Position numbers and translations under genes: made by a program. A model generated the notes under the pieces. It had not been told where the DNA came from. It made no database searches and saw only the letters and a list, made by a program, of their open reading frames with translations. From positions 577,016-641,015 of the forward strand of contig CAZFRF010000001.1 of assembly GCA_964521295.1 (NCBI GenBank): a stretch of 64,000 nt of DNA, read 5' to 3'. Position 1 is the first letter of the stretch. Each line of letters starts with the position of its first letter. Shown here one piece after another: positions 48,649-59,900 of the stretch. This DNA comes from an uncultured Gammaproteobacteria bacterium. GTDB lineage: Bacteria; Patescibacteriota; Microgenomatia; Levybacterales; UBA12049.

Positions 48649-50568
48649 ATGGTACAGTTCTTGATTTTATTCCCTTTATTAATTTTCTTATCCTTCTTTG
48701 TTTTATATATCCCAGGATCTCTATTGATTAATTCATTTATAAAATCGAGAATTGGACTTATTTTTTCTTTCATTACTGGACTTGCAATGTGGGGAATGCA
48801 AGCTTGGTTTTTTAGACTATTCAATCTAGAAATTTTGTCTTATTTTTATATTTTTATAACTTGCATTCTTTGGTTCAAAATTTATGGTAATAACATTAAA
48901 AAAATTAATATTAAAACTATAATTGAATTAATCAGGAATGAAAAATTTGTAATAGCAACTCTTATTTTAGGCATAATCATTCAGCTACCAGCAGCGTGGT
49001 TTTTTGGAATCACTACATCAAATGGGATGTCTCTTACTAGCAACATGTCTTCAGATCTTCAATGGCAAGCATCCCTAATTTATCAACTCACACAATCAAT
49101 TCCCCCAAATGAACCAGGCATGTTTAATGTTCCAGTAAATAACTATCATTATTTTGGAAATCTTATTATCGCAGAATTTATAAAAATATTTAGTCTTCCC
49201 TTAATAACTGTTACTTTTCAATATTTCTCAATTATTCTATCTCTATTCCTAGGATTATCAGCAATAGGTTTTTCAAGAGTATACAGACTCGGTAGATCAA
49301 TCGAGCTACTATTGCTATTACTGCTTTACTTCGGAGGAGATCTTCTTCCATATTTTATGCTGCTTTTGGGTCATGGACTAAACTTTGAAATGAGCGCATT
49401 AGAATCAGGCGCTGATTTATTAACAAACTATCCTCGTGCATTTTCAGTAATTTTTGTCTTCGCTATCTTAGCCTTATTCAAAATGTGGCATGAAAAAAGA
49501 AATATCATAGTAGACATAACCATTGCGATATTAATTGCGGCAGCTATTTCTAGTAAAATTAATACTGGAATATTTATCCTTCCAGGGCTAACAATAATTA
49601 CCTTATATTTTTTAATTAATAAAAAAATTTCTCATTCAATACCGTTATTTTTGTCAATAATAATTACTTCCTTAATCTATATACCTATTAATAAGAATGC
49701 AGGAGGATTAATTTTTACTGGATTTTGGAGATCACAAGATTTTATCGTGCAACCAAGCCTAGGACTTTCTAACCTAGAACTTGCAAGACAAGTATATGCA
49801 AAAAACAACAATATTCTTAAAGATTTAATTTATAATTTCTTATTTACCTTTTTATATATTATTACAATTTTTGGTTCTAAAATTATTAGCTTTTTTCAAA
49901 CCAAAGACACATTTAAATTGTTGCCAATTTATTTGCACATATTTTTAATTATGGGGATATTAATGTGCTTTTCCTTAGGAATGTTTTTTATTCAAACTTC
50001 TGGCGGCGCTAATTCTTTTAATTTTATTTCTACTGTTTTTATATTATCTTCTATTTATGCAGCAATCGGAGCACATAGTATAATTACATTTCCAAAGCAA
50101 AAATTTATAAGAATTCTAATCTTAACTATCTTCCTAATTCTAACTGGAACCAGATCAATATATGTAGCTACAAAATTAATAAATATTCACTTATCCCATT
50201 CATATTTCATGCCAGTAAATGAATTGAAAGTATATACATATATCAAAAACAATATTCCTTCTGGAGAAGTTTTTTTAACTGGAGATTATCCACTCAGCTT
50301 TTTAGGGAATAAAAATATTTATTTCCCTCAGGGATTCAGCAAAGGCGTATTAAGTAGTCATGGAATAAACACAAAAGAGAGAGAAGACATGTTAATTAAA
50401 ATACTTACGGAAAAAAATCCATCCCTACAGCTACAAATGATAAGAAAATTAAAAATAAATTATGCTTACATACCACAAGGCAATGAATCATCAATTGGAA
50501 TTTCTAGTCAAAATTATTCAATACTTTATAACGAAGAGGGGCAAAGAGTTATAAAGTTTAAAAACTAA
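48649..50568 (+). CDS. large polytopic membrane protein, GT-C-like (paralog of 61450-63408)
   Basis: 639 aa with ~14 TM helices. Aligns with the 652-aa ORF at 61450-63408 (YIPGSLLINSF/YAPGVYILNKL; PPNEPGMFNVPVNNYHYFGNLIIAEF/PPDNPGFAGVALKGYHFFYNLLLAKV). Confidence 0.6.
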   Translation: MVQFLILFPLLIFLSFFVLYIPGSLLINSFIKSRIGLIFSFITGLAMWGMQAWFFRLFNLEILSYFYIFITCILWFKIYGNNIKKINIKTIIELIRNEKFVIATLILGIIIQLPAAWFFGITTSNGMSLTSNMSSDLQWQASLIYQLTQSIPPNEPGMFNVPVNNYHYFGNLIIAEFIKIFSLPLITVTFQYFSIILSLFLGLSAIGFSRVYRLGRSIELLLLLLLYFGGDLLPYFMLLLGHGLNFEMSALESGADLLTNYPRAFSVIFVFAILALFKMWHEKRNIIVDITIAILIAAAISSKINTGIFILPGLTIITLYFLINKKISHSIPLFLSIIITSLIYIPINKNAGGLIFTGFWRSQDFIVQPSLGLSNLELARQVYAKNNNILKDLIYNFLFTFLYIITIFGSKIISFFQTKDTFKLLPIYLHIFLIMGILMCFSLGMFFIQTSGGANSFNFISTVFILSSIYAAIGAHSIITFPKQKFIRILILTIFLILTGTRSIYVATKLINIHLSHSYFMPVNELKVYTYIKNNIPSGEVFLTGDYPLSFLGNKNIYFPQGFSKGVLSSHGINTKEREDMLIKILTEKNPSLQLQMIRKLKINYAYIPQGNESSIGISSQNYSILYNEEGQRVIKFKN

Positions 50569-50621
50569 TCAAAATCTACCAAAGGGATACAATTTTTTAT
50601 TTTTTACTAAAATACTAAAAC

Positions 50622-51857
50622 ATGTTTAATTTGTCTAAAAAATTTCCAGCATTCTTATCTAAGGATTTTAAAATCTATCTTCCTAGTCAATTCATCTCTA
50701 GCACAGGAACTCAAATGCAGTTTGTCGCATTGAATTGGCATATTTATGAATTAACGCATTCTGCTTTAGCATTGGGACTAATTGGTCTTTTGAGATTTTT
50801 GCCAATTCTATTTTTTTCATTAATTGGCGGATCTGTAGCTGATGCTCATAATAGAAAAAAAGTTTTATATATTACAGAATCTTCTCTTGCGATTTTATCA
50901 ATAATACTTGCTTATTTTACATTTACAAATAGTATAACTCCTCTAATTATTTTTATAGTTACTGCCCTGGGAGCTATTTGTGTTTCTTTTGAGGTGCCAG
51001 CTAGACAAGCGCTTGTTCCAAACTTAGTTGATAAAAAAGACCTACAAAATGCTTTAAGTATTTTTACAATATTTCATCAAACTTCAATGATCTTAGGACC
51101 TGCTTTATCAGGACTTTTAATTGCCAACTCTGGTCTCACATTAGTTTATATTTTTAATGCAATATCATTTGTAATTGTATTAATTGGACTTAAATTACTT
51201 GATACTAACGGAGAAATCGTAGGACCCAAAACAACATTTTCTTTTACTGCCATAAAAGAAGGCTTACATTTTGTTAGAAACAAAACCATTATCTGGTCAA
51301 CAATGCTATTAGATTTTTTCAGTACATTTTTTTCAACCGCTACTGCACTGCTTCCAATTTTTGCCAAAGATATTTTAAATGTTGGACCACTGGGACTCGG
51401 ATTGCTTTACTCAGCTCAGTCAATTGGTGCTGTTACAGCAGGGCTTTTGCTTGCTCATAAAAATAACTTAGGTAAACAAGGAATAATTCTTTTAAGTTCT
51501 GTTATTTTATATGCATTAGGTACTATTATATTTGGTTTATCAAAAATATTTATCATCTCTTTTCTGGCATTAGTTGTAATTGGCGCAGGAGATGGAATAA
51601 GCACAATTATTCGTAATACTATTAGGCAACTTGAAACGCCTGATTATATTAGAGGCAGAATGAGTTCTGTTAATATGATCTTTTTTATGGGTGGTCCCCA
51701 ATTAGGAGATTTCGAAGCAGGAGCTATGGCAAATTTCATCGGGGGACCATTATCTGTTGTTATCGGAGGAGTGTCAACCATTGCAATTGTTTTACTTATG
51801 GCTATAAAAATTCCTACGATGAGAAACTACGATAAACATAATCCTAAAACAATTTAG
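50622..51857 (+). CDS. MFS transporter
   Basis: 411 aa with 12 predicted TM helices. MFS-like loop motifs (GGSVADAHNRKK between TM2 and TM3). Confidence 0.8.
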   Translation: MFNLSKKFPAFLSKDFKIYLPSQFISSTGTQMQFVALNWHIYELTHSALALGLIGLLRFLPILFFSLIGGSVADAHNRKKVLYITESSLAILSIILAYFTFTNSITPLIIFIVTALGAICVSFEVPARQALVPNLVDKKDLQNALSIFTIFHQTSMILGPALSGLLIANSGLTLVYIFNAISFVIVLIGLKLLDTNGEIVGPKTTFSFTAIKEGLHFVRNKTIIWSTMLLDFFSTFFSTATALLPIFAKDILNVGPLGLGLLYSAQSIGAVTAGLLLAHKNNLGKQGIILLSSVILYALGTIIFGLSKIFIISFLALVVIGAGDGISTIIRNTIRQLETPDYIRGRMSSVNMIFFMGGPQLGDFEAGAMANFIGGPLSVVIGGVSTIAIVLLMAIKIPTMRNYDKHNPKTI

Positions 51858-51887
51858 ATACAGATTTGCAATCCTACGCTATAATAT

Positions 51888-52757
51888 ATGTCTATGACAT
51901 ATACAATTTTACTTTTCTATAAATATGTAGAAATTGATAATCCTGAAGAATTAAGAATTAAGCAAAGAGAGCTTTGTGAAAAATTAAATTTAAAAGGAAG
52001 AATTTTGATTGCCAGCGAAGGCATAAATGGAACCCTTGAAGGGACACCTGAAAATACTGAAAAATATATTGAGGAAATTGAAAAAGACAAAAGATTTAAA
52101 AACATTAATTGGAAAAAAAGCGAAGGAACAGGATCTGCTTTTCCGAAATTAAAAATAAAAGTAAGGCCAGAAATTGTAACAACCGGAATTGCAAACAAAG
52201 ACTTCGGACCACTCAAGAGCATTACTGGAAAATATTTAAAAGCTGAAGATCTGAAAAAATGGTATGAAGAAGGACGAGAGTTTTATGTTGTCGATATGCG
52301 TAACGACTATGAATTTGAAATTGGTAGATTTAAAAATTCTGTTTGGCCAAAGGGCTTAGGACATTTTAGAGACGTACCCAAAGCAGTTAATTCAATTTCT
52401 AATCTCAAAGATAAAACGGTTGTTACAGTTTGCACAGGAGGAGTCAGATGTGAAACCGCATCGGGACTTTTGATGAAATATGGATTTAAAGATGTATACC
52501 AATTAGAAAACGGAATAGTAACATTTATGGAAAAATTCCCTAACACATATTTTGAAGGGAAACTTCTTGTTTTCGATGGACGCGAAACCATGGGATATAA
52601 TTTAAATTCGCCTGAATACAAAAGTATTGGAATTTGTAGAAACTGCAAATCTCCTTCAGAAAATCTAGTTAATTATTGGATTTCAAAGGATGAAGACGCT
52701 TACGGAATTATTTGTAAAAATTGTATTTTAAATAAAAAAATTATTCTGGCAAGATAA
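51888..52757 (+). CDS. trhO: rhodanese-domain protein TrhO (tRNA uridine(34) hydroxylase, UPF0176/YceA family)
   Basis: ILLFYKYVEIDNPEEL...LKGRILIASEGINGTLEG signature. Rhodanese domain with active-site Cys (VVTVCTGGVRCE). C-terminal Cys-rich segment. Confidence 0.8.
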   Translation: MSMTYTILLFYKYVEIDNPEELRIKQRELCEKLNLKGRILIASEGINGTLEGTPENTEKYIEEIEKDKRFKNINWKKSEGTGSAFPKLKIKVRPEIVTTGIANKDFGPLKSITGKYLKAEDLKKWYEEGREFYVVDMRNDYEFEIGRFKNSVWPKGLGHFRDVPKAVNSISNLKDKTVVTVCTGGVRCETASGLLMKYGFKDVYQLENGIVTFMEKFPNTYFEGKLLVFDGRETMGYNLNSPEYKSIGICRNCKSPSENLVNYWISKDEDAYGIICKNCILNKKIILAR

Positions 52758-52758
52758 T

Positions 52759-54423
52759 TTACCAACTTCCTCCTCCTCCACCACCACCACCTCCACCCGA
52801 AAAACCACCTGAGGAACCAGAAGAACTTGGTGCAGCAGTTGTGATATTTGAATTAAAGGAAGAATTGAAAATTGCATAATTAGCATAAAAACTTCCTCTA
52901 TATCCTACGTACCAACTTGGATTATAATTTGGATCATAAATTTCAAGAGCTGCCATAAATTGATTAATAAATCCTAGAGCGACAGCATATGGAATCATTT
53001 TCTCAACAACATATAATTTTTCAGTTTGCCATTTATAATTTCTATCCATCGATTTTAAAAATATTTTTAAACCATCAATTTTAAAATCAACTTCATCGCC
53101 TAATTGCGTTCTACCATTTAAGACTTTAAATAAAAATAATAAAATTAAAGATAATATAAAATTTCCCGTGAATAAAGATATTATTGCTAAAATAAATAAA
53201 ATTGATTTTTGTAGTTTAGGATTTTTAGTATAATATTTTTTATTAATTAACGTCTTGAAAACTTCATCTTCCATCGTTGAAAATGTTTTATAAAAATCTA
53301 ATCTCAAATCTTTTATATTAACACTATCCCCGTCCTTAAAGAGCCTGTTTAATAATGTTTTTTCAAAAGGCTCAAGATTAGAATCTACTTTTTTTAAATT
53401 AATAATTTTTTGATCTGAAGAATCTGGTAAAAATTTTCTTGTTGTTTTAACTTGCTCAATCTTTATATATTTTCTGATTGCTAAATCAAATATTGTTGCT
53501 ATTACATCATTTTTTTCAAGCTTAGCCGTATCAATTGTTCCAGAAATAGCTGGTGCTAAAAGCTTCCCTTTTTCATCTTTCGGAAAATCAAAAGAAACAC
53601 TTGGCTTACCAAATCTTTTTTTATTTTTATTCTTATAAAACCAGTAAAGCAAACAACCGCCAATTCCAAAATTAATTAAAGAAAAAATTAAAAAATAATT
53701 ATTTATAATAAATTTAAAAAAAATTTGGGAAATAGTAGAAGGCGGCTCCTTAACTAAAATAGTTTTAGGAAAAGAATTTACAGGATAAACAGAAACAGCC
53801 GTTAGACCTTCTCCAGGACTTAAATTACCAGTAGAAATAATATTATTATCTATTCTACAATTCGAGGTCTTAGAACTATATACACCTGTGAAACAGATTA
53901 AATCTTTTCTGGACAAGGTAAAATCTGTCAATATTTGAAAATTTGCTTTCTCTATGTTTACTTGCCAATCATTACCGGTTACATTCCAATAAATCTCGTC
54001 ATGATCATCATAGTTACTGCCTATTCCATTTGAAACTGTATAGGTTATTGTATAGGTATGATTTCCCGAAATTAATCTATTCGCATTTCCTATCTTAATA
54101 TTTAAATTATTATTTTCCCATGATAATTTATAATCTTCGGATTCTCCATCTCTTAGAACCTTAATATTTTTAATCTGAATTATTCTAAATAAGTCACCCA
54201 CTTTAGAAACTAACGGAATATATCTATAGATTCCGTGCCTACTAACTGATTCAAAATCATACGTAATATTTTCTTCAATATTCATTGCTCCATCTTTTTG
54301 AGCAACGATTTTTGTATCAAAATTATGAATTACCTCAGCAAAGCTATATTGAGGTTTAAATATAAAAAATATTAAAAATAAGAGGAATATTAATAATTTT
54401 TTCACATTATTATTATAATGCAA
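52759..54423 (-). CDS. DUF2207-like membrane protein with a poly-Gly C-terminal tail
   Basis: Signal peptide, extracytoplasmic domain, TM helices. C-terminus SSSGSSGGFSGGGGGGGGGGSW, typical of DUF2207 proteins. Confidence 0.6.
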   Translation of the reverse strand: MHYNNNVKKLLIFLLFLIFFIFKPQYSFAEVIHNFDTKIVAQKDGAMNIEENITYDFESVSRHGIYRYIPLVSKVGDLFRIIQIKNIKVLRDGESEDYKLSWENNNLNIKIGNANRLISGNHTYTITYTVSNGIGSNYDDHDEIYWNVTGNDWQVNIEKANFQILTDFTLSRKDLICFTGVYSSKTSNCRIDNNIISTGNLSPGEGLTAVSVYPVNSFPKTILVKEPPSTISQIFFKFIINNYFLIFSLINFGIGGCLLYWFYKNKNKKRFGKPSVSFDFPKDEKGKLLAPAISGTIDTAKLEKNDVIATIFDLAIRKYIKIEQVKTTRKFLPDSSDQKIINLKKVDSNLEPFEKTLLNRLFKDGDSVNIKDLRLDFYKTFSTMEDEVFKTLINKKYYTKNPKLQKSILFILAIISLFTGNFILSLILLFLFKVLNGRTQLGDEVDFKIDGLKIFLKSMDRNYKWQTEKLYVVEKMIPYAVALGFINQFMAALEIYDPNYNPSWYVGYRGSFYANYAIFNSSFNSNITTAAPSSSGSSGGFSGGGGGGGGGGSW

Positions 54424-54430
54424 AAATAAA

Positions 54431-56536
54431 TTAATTTTCTTCAGAATTATTCTGAATTGGCACTAGAGAAATTCCTCCCCAAGATGAATTTACCAATAAA
54501 CTGTTATTATCAATAATATATTCTGATATTTCATCCGACAAAAGACCATTCGATGCATTTATTACCTTCCATGATTTAGAGATTAAGCTATACACCACTA
54601 ACCCCTTATTTGTAGCCAACCATAAATTTCCATTTATAAATCTTAAAGAAAAAATATTAAAATTATTAGTTTGTTGTATATACACATCCGAATTAGGTAT
54701 ACTCATCGAACCATCAATGTTTAATGCAGTAGTTGAATTTGTCTTCTTGTCAGTTTGCAACAAAATAGAGGAATTATAATTACCCCCAATCGACCAAGCA
54801 TAATCTTCATTTTCTGCTTTCTCAGGACAACTAATTTCTTGAAATCTATTATCAACGTAAACATATGAATAATTACATGTGATTTGATTATTCTTTTCTA
54901 TGCCTTTAACAGTAGTAGTTTCGTGAGTTACAGAAAAATTTTCTAGATCAACTACAACAATTTTATTAGCCTGGTACCCTTCATTAAAGATCATTCTCTT
55001 ACCCATGACATCATAATTTCTCAACGTTAATGCTTCATACATTTTGTCTATTTTTGTATTTAAATCCAACACTTTCTTTTCTTTAGTTTTATAGTCATAA
55101 ATAGTTACCTTCGCATTTGAACATCCTTGCCCACAAGATTGAGATAAAACTAATATTTTCGATGTGTTATATATTGGCTGAAATACGCTTACGCCACCGA
55201 AATTTTCATCACTAAAATTTAAAAGCTTAGAAAAATTTTTCCCGTTATATTGCCATAAATCTTTTTCATCACTGATTATTGCTTTATGATTTATAGTGGC
55301 AACCAAATTTGCTACTGACTTAGGTCTATTTCCCATTTTGAAATCATTTGTTTTTAACGAATTGATTTCTAAAGACTTTAGCCATACATCTGAACTTGAA
55401 CCAAACCAAAGCTTACCATTAGAAATAAATTTCTGAAAAAGATTAGAGTTTGTATTTTTAAATAGATCATTTGATGCAAACTCACTAAAATCTTTTGTAA
55501 TAGGACTATACGAATAAATTTTTGAGTCTTTATCAGAAGTATATATAAAATATGCCTTATCGCTTTTCCCCGCAAACATATATATATAATCATTTGGACC
55601 ACTAAGTAAATTAGCTATACCATCAACGCTTTCCCACGTAGATCCTTTTGTATCTTTAGCTTGCCAAACACCTCTTCCACTATCTTGAACTAAAACAGAA
55701 TCTCCTACTAATGTAAGCGTATATAAATCAATTCTTGCCCTATTATAATACGTCTCTGCAGGATTTTTAGGAAATGCACTTGGACCAAACCTTTCCCAAG
55801 TACTAGTTGCTTTATCATACCTTGCTACTCCTCCAGGCGTTTCAGCGTTTGCAACATCAATAACATACACAGCATTTGGAGTAACAAGTAATTCGCTTGC
55901 ATTGTACAAAGTCGAATTATCAACTAATTCTTTTGTAAAAGCCTCCATCTTCTTAGTTTTAAGATTGTATCTATTTAAACCCCTAAAGCTTCCGATCCAA
56001 AGATAATCTCCGTCTAGAGCGAGTTCGATATTGCTGACGCTTAAAAGTCCTTCTTTGTCGGTAAAACTTTGATTTGTGTTATTTTTTAAATCAAATATAT
56101 TAACTCCATTTTGACTACCGATATATAACTTATCACCATCTTTAATTAAACTTGTTAAAGTCGAACTGTTGATTCCATTTGATGTAGTCAATTGAGACAA
56201 TTCTCCAGACTTCTCATCGAGAATCAATAATCCACCAAGACAAGCAACGTATAATTTATCTTTTTCTTCAATAACTCCTCTAATATCACTACAATTTGGC
56301 CACTGCCTAAGACTCTCATTTACCCTCTTTTCTTTAAAACTTGGAAAAGACTCCGAAGCTAATTTTGTATCTTTTCTATTTTTAACAATTAAAAAAGTAC
56401 CTGATACCAAAATGAGTAATAAAACAAACATGACCCCAGCGATAAAATATATTTTTTTAGAAAACTTTCTTTGTGGGGATTTACTCAAATCTGCAGTAAG
56501 ATTTCTTAACTCATCTTTTTCGAGAATTTCATCCAT
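54431..56536 (-). CDS. membrane-anchored beta-propeller repeat protein (two-component-regulator-propeller / Y_Y_Y-like)
   Basis: 701 aa. N-terminal TM anchor. Repeated blocks of the form GDKLYIGSQNGVNIFDL, DYLWIGSFRGLNRYNL, GNLWLATNKGLVVYSL. Confidence 0.6.
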   Translation of the reverse strand: MDEILEKDELRNLTADLSKSPQRKFSKKIYFIAGVMFVLLLILVSGTFLIVKNRKDTKLASESFPSFKEKRVNESLRQWPNCSDIRGVIEEKDKLYVACLGGLLILDEKSGELSQLTTSNGINSSTLTSLIKDGDKLYIGSQNGVNIFDLKNNTNQSFTDKEGLLSVSNIELALDGDYLWIGSFRGLNRYNLKTKKMEAFTKELVDNSTLYNASELLVTPNAVYVIDVANAETPGGVARYDKATSTWERFGPSAFPKNPAETYYNRARIDLYTLTLVGDSVLVQDSGRGVWQAKDTKGSTWESVDGIANLLSGPNDYIYMFAGKSDKAYFIYTSDKDSKIYSYSPITKDFSEFASNDLFKNTNSNLFQKFISNGKLWFGSSSDVWLKSLEINSLKTNDFKMGNRPKSVANLVATINHKAIISDEKDLWQYNGKNFSKLLNFSDENFGGVSVFQPIYNTSKILVLSQSCGQGCSNAKVTIYDYKTKEKKVLDLNTKIDKMYEALTLRNYDVMGKRMIFNEGYQANKIVVVDLENFSVTHETTTVKGIEKNNQITCNYSYVYVDNRFQEISCPEKAENEDYAWSIGGNYNSSILLQTDKKTNSTTALNIDGSMSIPNSDVYIQQTNNFNIFSLRFINGNLWLATNKGLVVYSLISKSWKVINASNGLLSDEISEYIIDNNSLLVNSSWGGISLVPIQNNSEEN

Positions 56537-56571
56537 AACCTAACTCTATGGAATAATTTAAAATAAGTCAA

Positions 56572-59500
56572 TTATTTACTTTTTCTTTGAGGTTTAAATG
56601 TAAAATAATAAACAACAGGAATAAAAATTAACATTATCGTTCCTGAAAAAGTAAGTCCGGCAATAATAGCTCCGCCTAAGCCTCTCCATAAAGGATCTGA
56701 AATAGTAATTGGAATTAAACCAACTATTGCACAAATAGACGTTAAAGCTATTGGCTCAAGCCTTGATGCCGCAGCATCAGCAATTGATTCGGTAAATTCC
56801 ATTCCCGTCTTAATATTCGCCGTTATCTTATCAACAACTAAAATTGAATTTTTAACAACGATTCCGAAAAGCGCCAAGACTCCAATAAGCGCTGGGAAAG
56901 ACAATGCAGTTTGAGTAATTGCAAAAACAATAAATACGCCAGAAATTGATAATGGAATTACTAAAATAACAATCAAGGCTTTTCTAAATGAACTAAATTG
57001 AAGAATCATAGTTATAACAATAAGTAGTATTGAAATTATCATTGCTACAAAAATGGTTGTGACTGATTTTTGATTTTCTTCATTTGCGCCACCAGTAGAC
57101 CAAGAATACCCGCTTGATAAATTTAGCTTATTCTTTGCAAACTCTTCTAATCTAGAACTAACTTGAGGAACGGTGTAGCCCTTTTTCACACTAGCTGAAA
57201 CAGAAATCGTCCTCTTTCCACCCTCCCTAGTAATCAATGTTGGATTTGGCTCCAAAACTAACTTGCCTAAGGATGTTAATGGAATTACGCCATTTTGAGT
57301 TGGAATAGATACAGCAGAAATATCTTCAACATTCTGTGCCCCAGTCCCCATTCTTAAAGTAATATCTTGAGAAATGTTTAAATCAGGATCTAATTTAATA
57401 GTATCGATTTTAAATCCAGATGCAAAAAGTCTAAGCCAAAATCCAGCAATATCTGTTGATAATCCATTTTCGGCAAACTTTTGCTGGTTGGGGACAAAAG
57501 AAATCTTGCTAGTTCCCTGCTTAATTGATCTGTTAACATTAGTTGCGCCTGGTTCAGTTTTTAGAAAACTTTCAACTTCTGATGCATACTTACTTAATGT
57601 AGTTAAATCTGGTCCAAATAATTTTATCTGAACATCTGCACCAGTCGGAGGTCCACCTGACTCTTCGTTAACAGAAAATACGCCTTTATTATAATCTTTA
57701 AACTCTCTCCTTAAATACTCGGCAATTTCTGAAGAATTTAATTTCCTTTTATTTTTTTCATCTAAAACAAGCGTGTAGCTGAAACTATTCTCAGATGAGC
57801 CTCCTCCTCCAAAAAAATTTCCTTGACCCCCACCAAGACTTAATAATACAAATTTTGTTTCAGGAGAATTGCTTATTTTTGATAATAAATTTAAAGATTC
57901 TTTTCTTGTCGTTTCAATATTCGTTCCTGATGGAAGTTCAACCGATATAGACAATGTATCACTGTCTGTTTTGGGAAAGAATTCATTCTTAACAAGACCT
58001 AAGGGAACCAAAATATATGAAAAGATTGAAAATATTACAACAGCAATAATGACTTTCCTTCTAGCGTTTTGTGAATTTAGAATCTTAATAATAAATCTGC
58101 TGTAATAAAATTCAATTTTTTGTAGACTTATTACTCCTGAATCAAGATATTCTTTGTAATTGATTTTTTTACTATTAATAAATCTAAATCTTTTTTCTAA
58201 TTCTTTTTTAATCTGTGCCCGAATTTGATATGCAACAAACAGTAAAATCAAAATGAATAATACTTGAAAAAAGAGTAAACCATTTTTAGGAAGTAAAACA
58301 AATAACAAAACTATACCCAAAATTGCAACGGCAATTTTTGAAAATACCACAACTCTCTTAGGAAAATTAGGTTTAAGTAAAAAGATAATAAAAGGTAATG
58401 TTATAAACATTGCAACAAAGAATGAACCAATTAAAGTAGTAGAAACCACAATTGGTATCGGTTTAATAAATTCACCAATAATTCCCGTTGATATTAAAAT
58501 TGGTAAAAACGCCCAAACAGTTGTTATTGTAGTTGTGGTAATAGCTAGTAAAAAATCTCTCCAAACTAATATTCCCGATTGAAAAGGCGTAAACCTTCCT
58601 GATCTAAAATAAGCAGTAATTGCTGAAATAACAACAATAGTATCGTCAACTAATAATCCAAGAGAAAGAATTAAAGCAAAAGCCGATAAGAAGTTTAATG
58701 TTACACCTGCTAAGCTCATGACTATAAACGAGATTAAAAAAGTGAGTGGGGTTGCTAATAAAGCAACAGCTGCTTGTCTAACACCTAGGAACAAAAACAA
58801 CACAACTGCAACTAAAATTATTGTTTCTACTAAATCTTTGCCTAATTCATTAAATTGATCTTCAATTTGCGCAGCGTAATTAACTACATTATAAAGTTTA
58901 AATTTACCATTTTGATTTTTAATTTCCTCTTCAACAAGCTTTTCCGCATCTTTATTCGCAGCATCGATATTTACTGTTGTAACTCTATATACGCTAAACC
59001 CAACAGATTGCATTCTTTTTCCATTACTAGATGCAATAAAGCTGGAATACTGACCTGGCTTGGATTTCTCAACAACTGTTGCAATATCACCGATTGCAAC
59101 CACTTGGCCATTTAAATTTATTTTTAAACTTCTAATTTCATCAATAGTTGTTAATGTTGGATCTATTGTTAATGAGAAGTTTAAATTATCAGTCTTTACA
59201 CTACCTGCTGGAAACGTGTTAATCGCCGACTTAACTGATGCAATAATCTGTTGAGGATTTAAACTGTATCCCGCAATCGCTTGAGGATTAATTATTACTT
59301 GAATCTCAGATTCATCCAATCCAGTAACAGAAACAGAATCAATATTTGGTAAATCAGTTAACTCTTGCTTTAGTTTCTTGGCAAATCTAAGCAAACTTGC
59401 CCTATCACCATCTGAGGTAATATTGAAATTCCAAATTGGAGTTTTTTGTAAATCTAATTTTGTTGCTTTTGGTTTTTGAGCATCCTCAGGAAGATTAACT

Positions 59501-59895
59501 GAATCTATTGCAGTCTGAACATCTGAAGTTGCCTTATCTGGATCTGTTCCTGTTTCGAATTCCACCGTAATCGTAGACACAGAATCAGAAGAGCTTGAAG
59601 TAACGGTCTTTACCTTTGATAAGCCATTAATAGAATCCTCCAAAGGAATTGTTACCAAAGATTCTATGTCTTTTGGGCTTGCTCCAGGCAAAACATCGGT
59701 AACAAATACCATTGGAATTTTAATGTCTGGATATAAATTTCTTGGTAGGTTTAAATAACTTGCTCCACCAAAAATTACTATTCCTAAAACAATTAAAATA
59801 ATTAACCTTAAATTTTTAGCGTATCTGGCTATTAAAGAATCATTTAGTTTATTGTCAAATTTAAGACGTTTTAAATATGTAGAAATATGCTTCAT
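56572..59895 (-). CDS. RND-superfamily efflux transporter permease (AcrB/HAE family)
   Basis: 1107 aa. 12-TM topology with two large extracytoplasmic loops. Conserved TM4/TM10 blocks (ALILSLGLLVDDTIVV...). Confidence 0.9.
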   Translation of the reverse strand: MKHISTYLKRLKFDNKLNDSLIARYAKNLRLIILIVLGIVIFGGASYLNLPRNLYPDIKIPMVFVTDVLPGASPKDIESLVTIPLEDSINGLSKVKTVTSSSSDSVSTITVEFETGTDPDKATSDVQTAIDSVNLPEDAQKPKATKLDLQKTPIWNFNITSDGDRASLLRFAKKLKQELTDLPNIDSVSVTGLDESEIQVIINPQAIAGYSLNPQQIIASVKSAINTFPAGSVKTDNLNFSLTIDPTLTTIDEIRSLKINLNGQVVAIGDIATVVEKSKPGQYSSFIASSNGKRMQSVGFSVYRVTTVNIDAANKDAEKLVEEEIKNQNGKFKLYNVVNYAAQIEDQFNELGKDLVETIILVAVVLFLFLGVRQAAVALLATPLTFLISFIVMSLAGVTLNFLSAFALILSLGLLVDDTIVVISAITAYFRSGRFTPFQSGILVWRDFLLAITTTTITTVWAFLPILISTGIIGEFIKPIPIVVSTTLIGSFFVAMFITLPFIIFLLKPNFPKRVVVFSKIAVAILGIVLLFVLLPKNGLLFFQVLFILILLFVAYQIRAQIKKELEKRFRFINSKKINYKEYLDSGVISLQKIEFYYSRFIIKILNSQNARRKVIIAVVIFSIFSYILVPLGLVKNEFFPKTDSDTLSISVELPSGTNIETTRKESLNLLSKISNSPETKFVLLSLGGGQGNFFGGGGSSENSFSYTLVLDEKNKRKLNSSEIAEYLRREFKDYNKGVFSVNEESGGPPTGADVQIKLFGPDLTTLSKYASEVESFLKTEPGATNVNRSIKQGTSKISFVPNQQKFAENGLSTDIAGFWLRLFASGFKIDTIKLDPDLNISQDITLRMGTGAQNVEDISAVSIPTQNGVIPLTSLGKLVLEPNPTLITREGGKRTISVSASVKKGYTVPQVSSRLEEFAKNKLNLSSGYSWSTGGANEENQKSVTTIFVAMIISILLIVITMILQFSSFRKALIVILVIPLSISGVFIVFAITQTALSFPALIGVLALFGIVVKNSILVVDKITANIKTGMEFTESIADAAASRLEPIALTSICAIVGLIPITISDPLWRGLGGAIIAGLTFSGTIMLIFIPVVYYFTFKPQRKSK

Positions 59896-59900
59896 AGAGG

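Noticed and set aside
52770-52812. GGN/CCN tandem repeat at the end of the DUF2207 gene
   Set aside because: It simply encodes the poly-Gly tail of the protein. It is not a genomic repeat element or a CRISPR.
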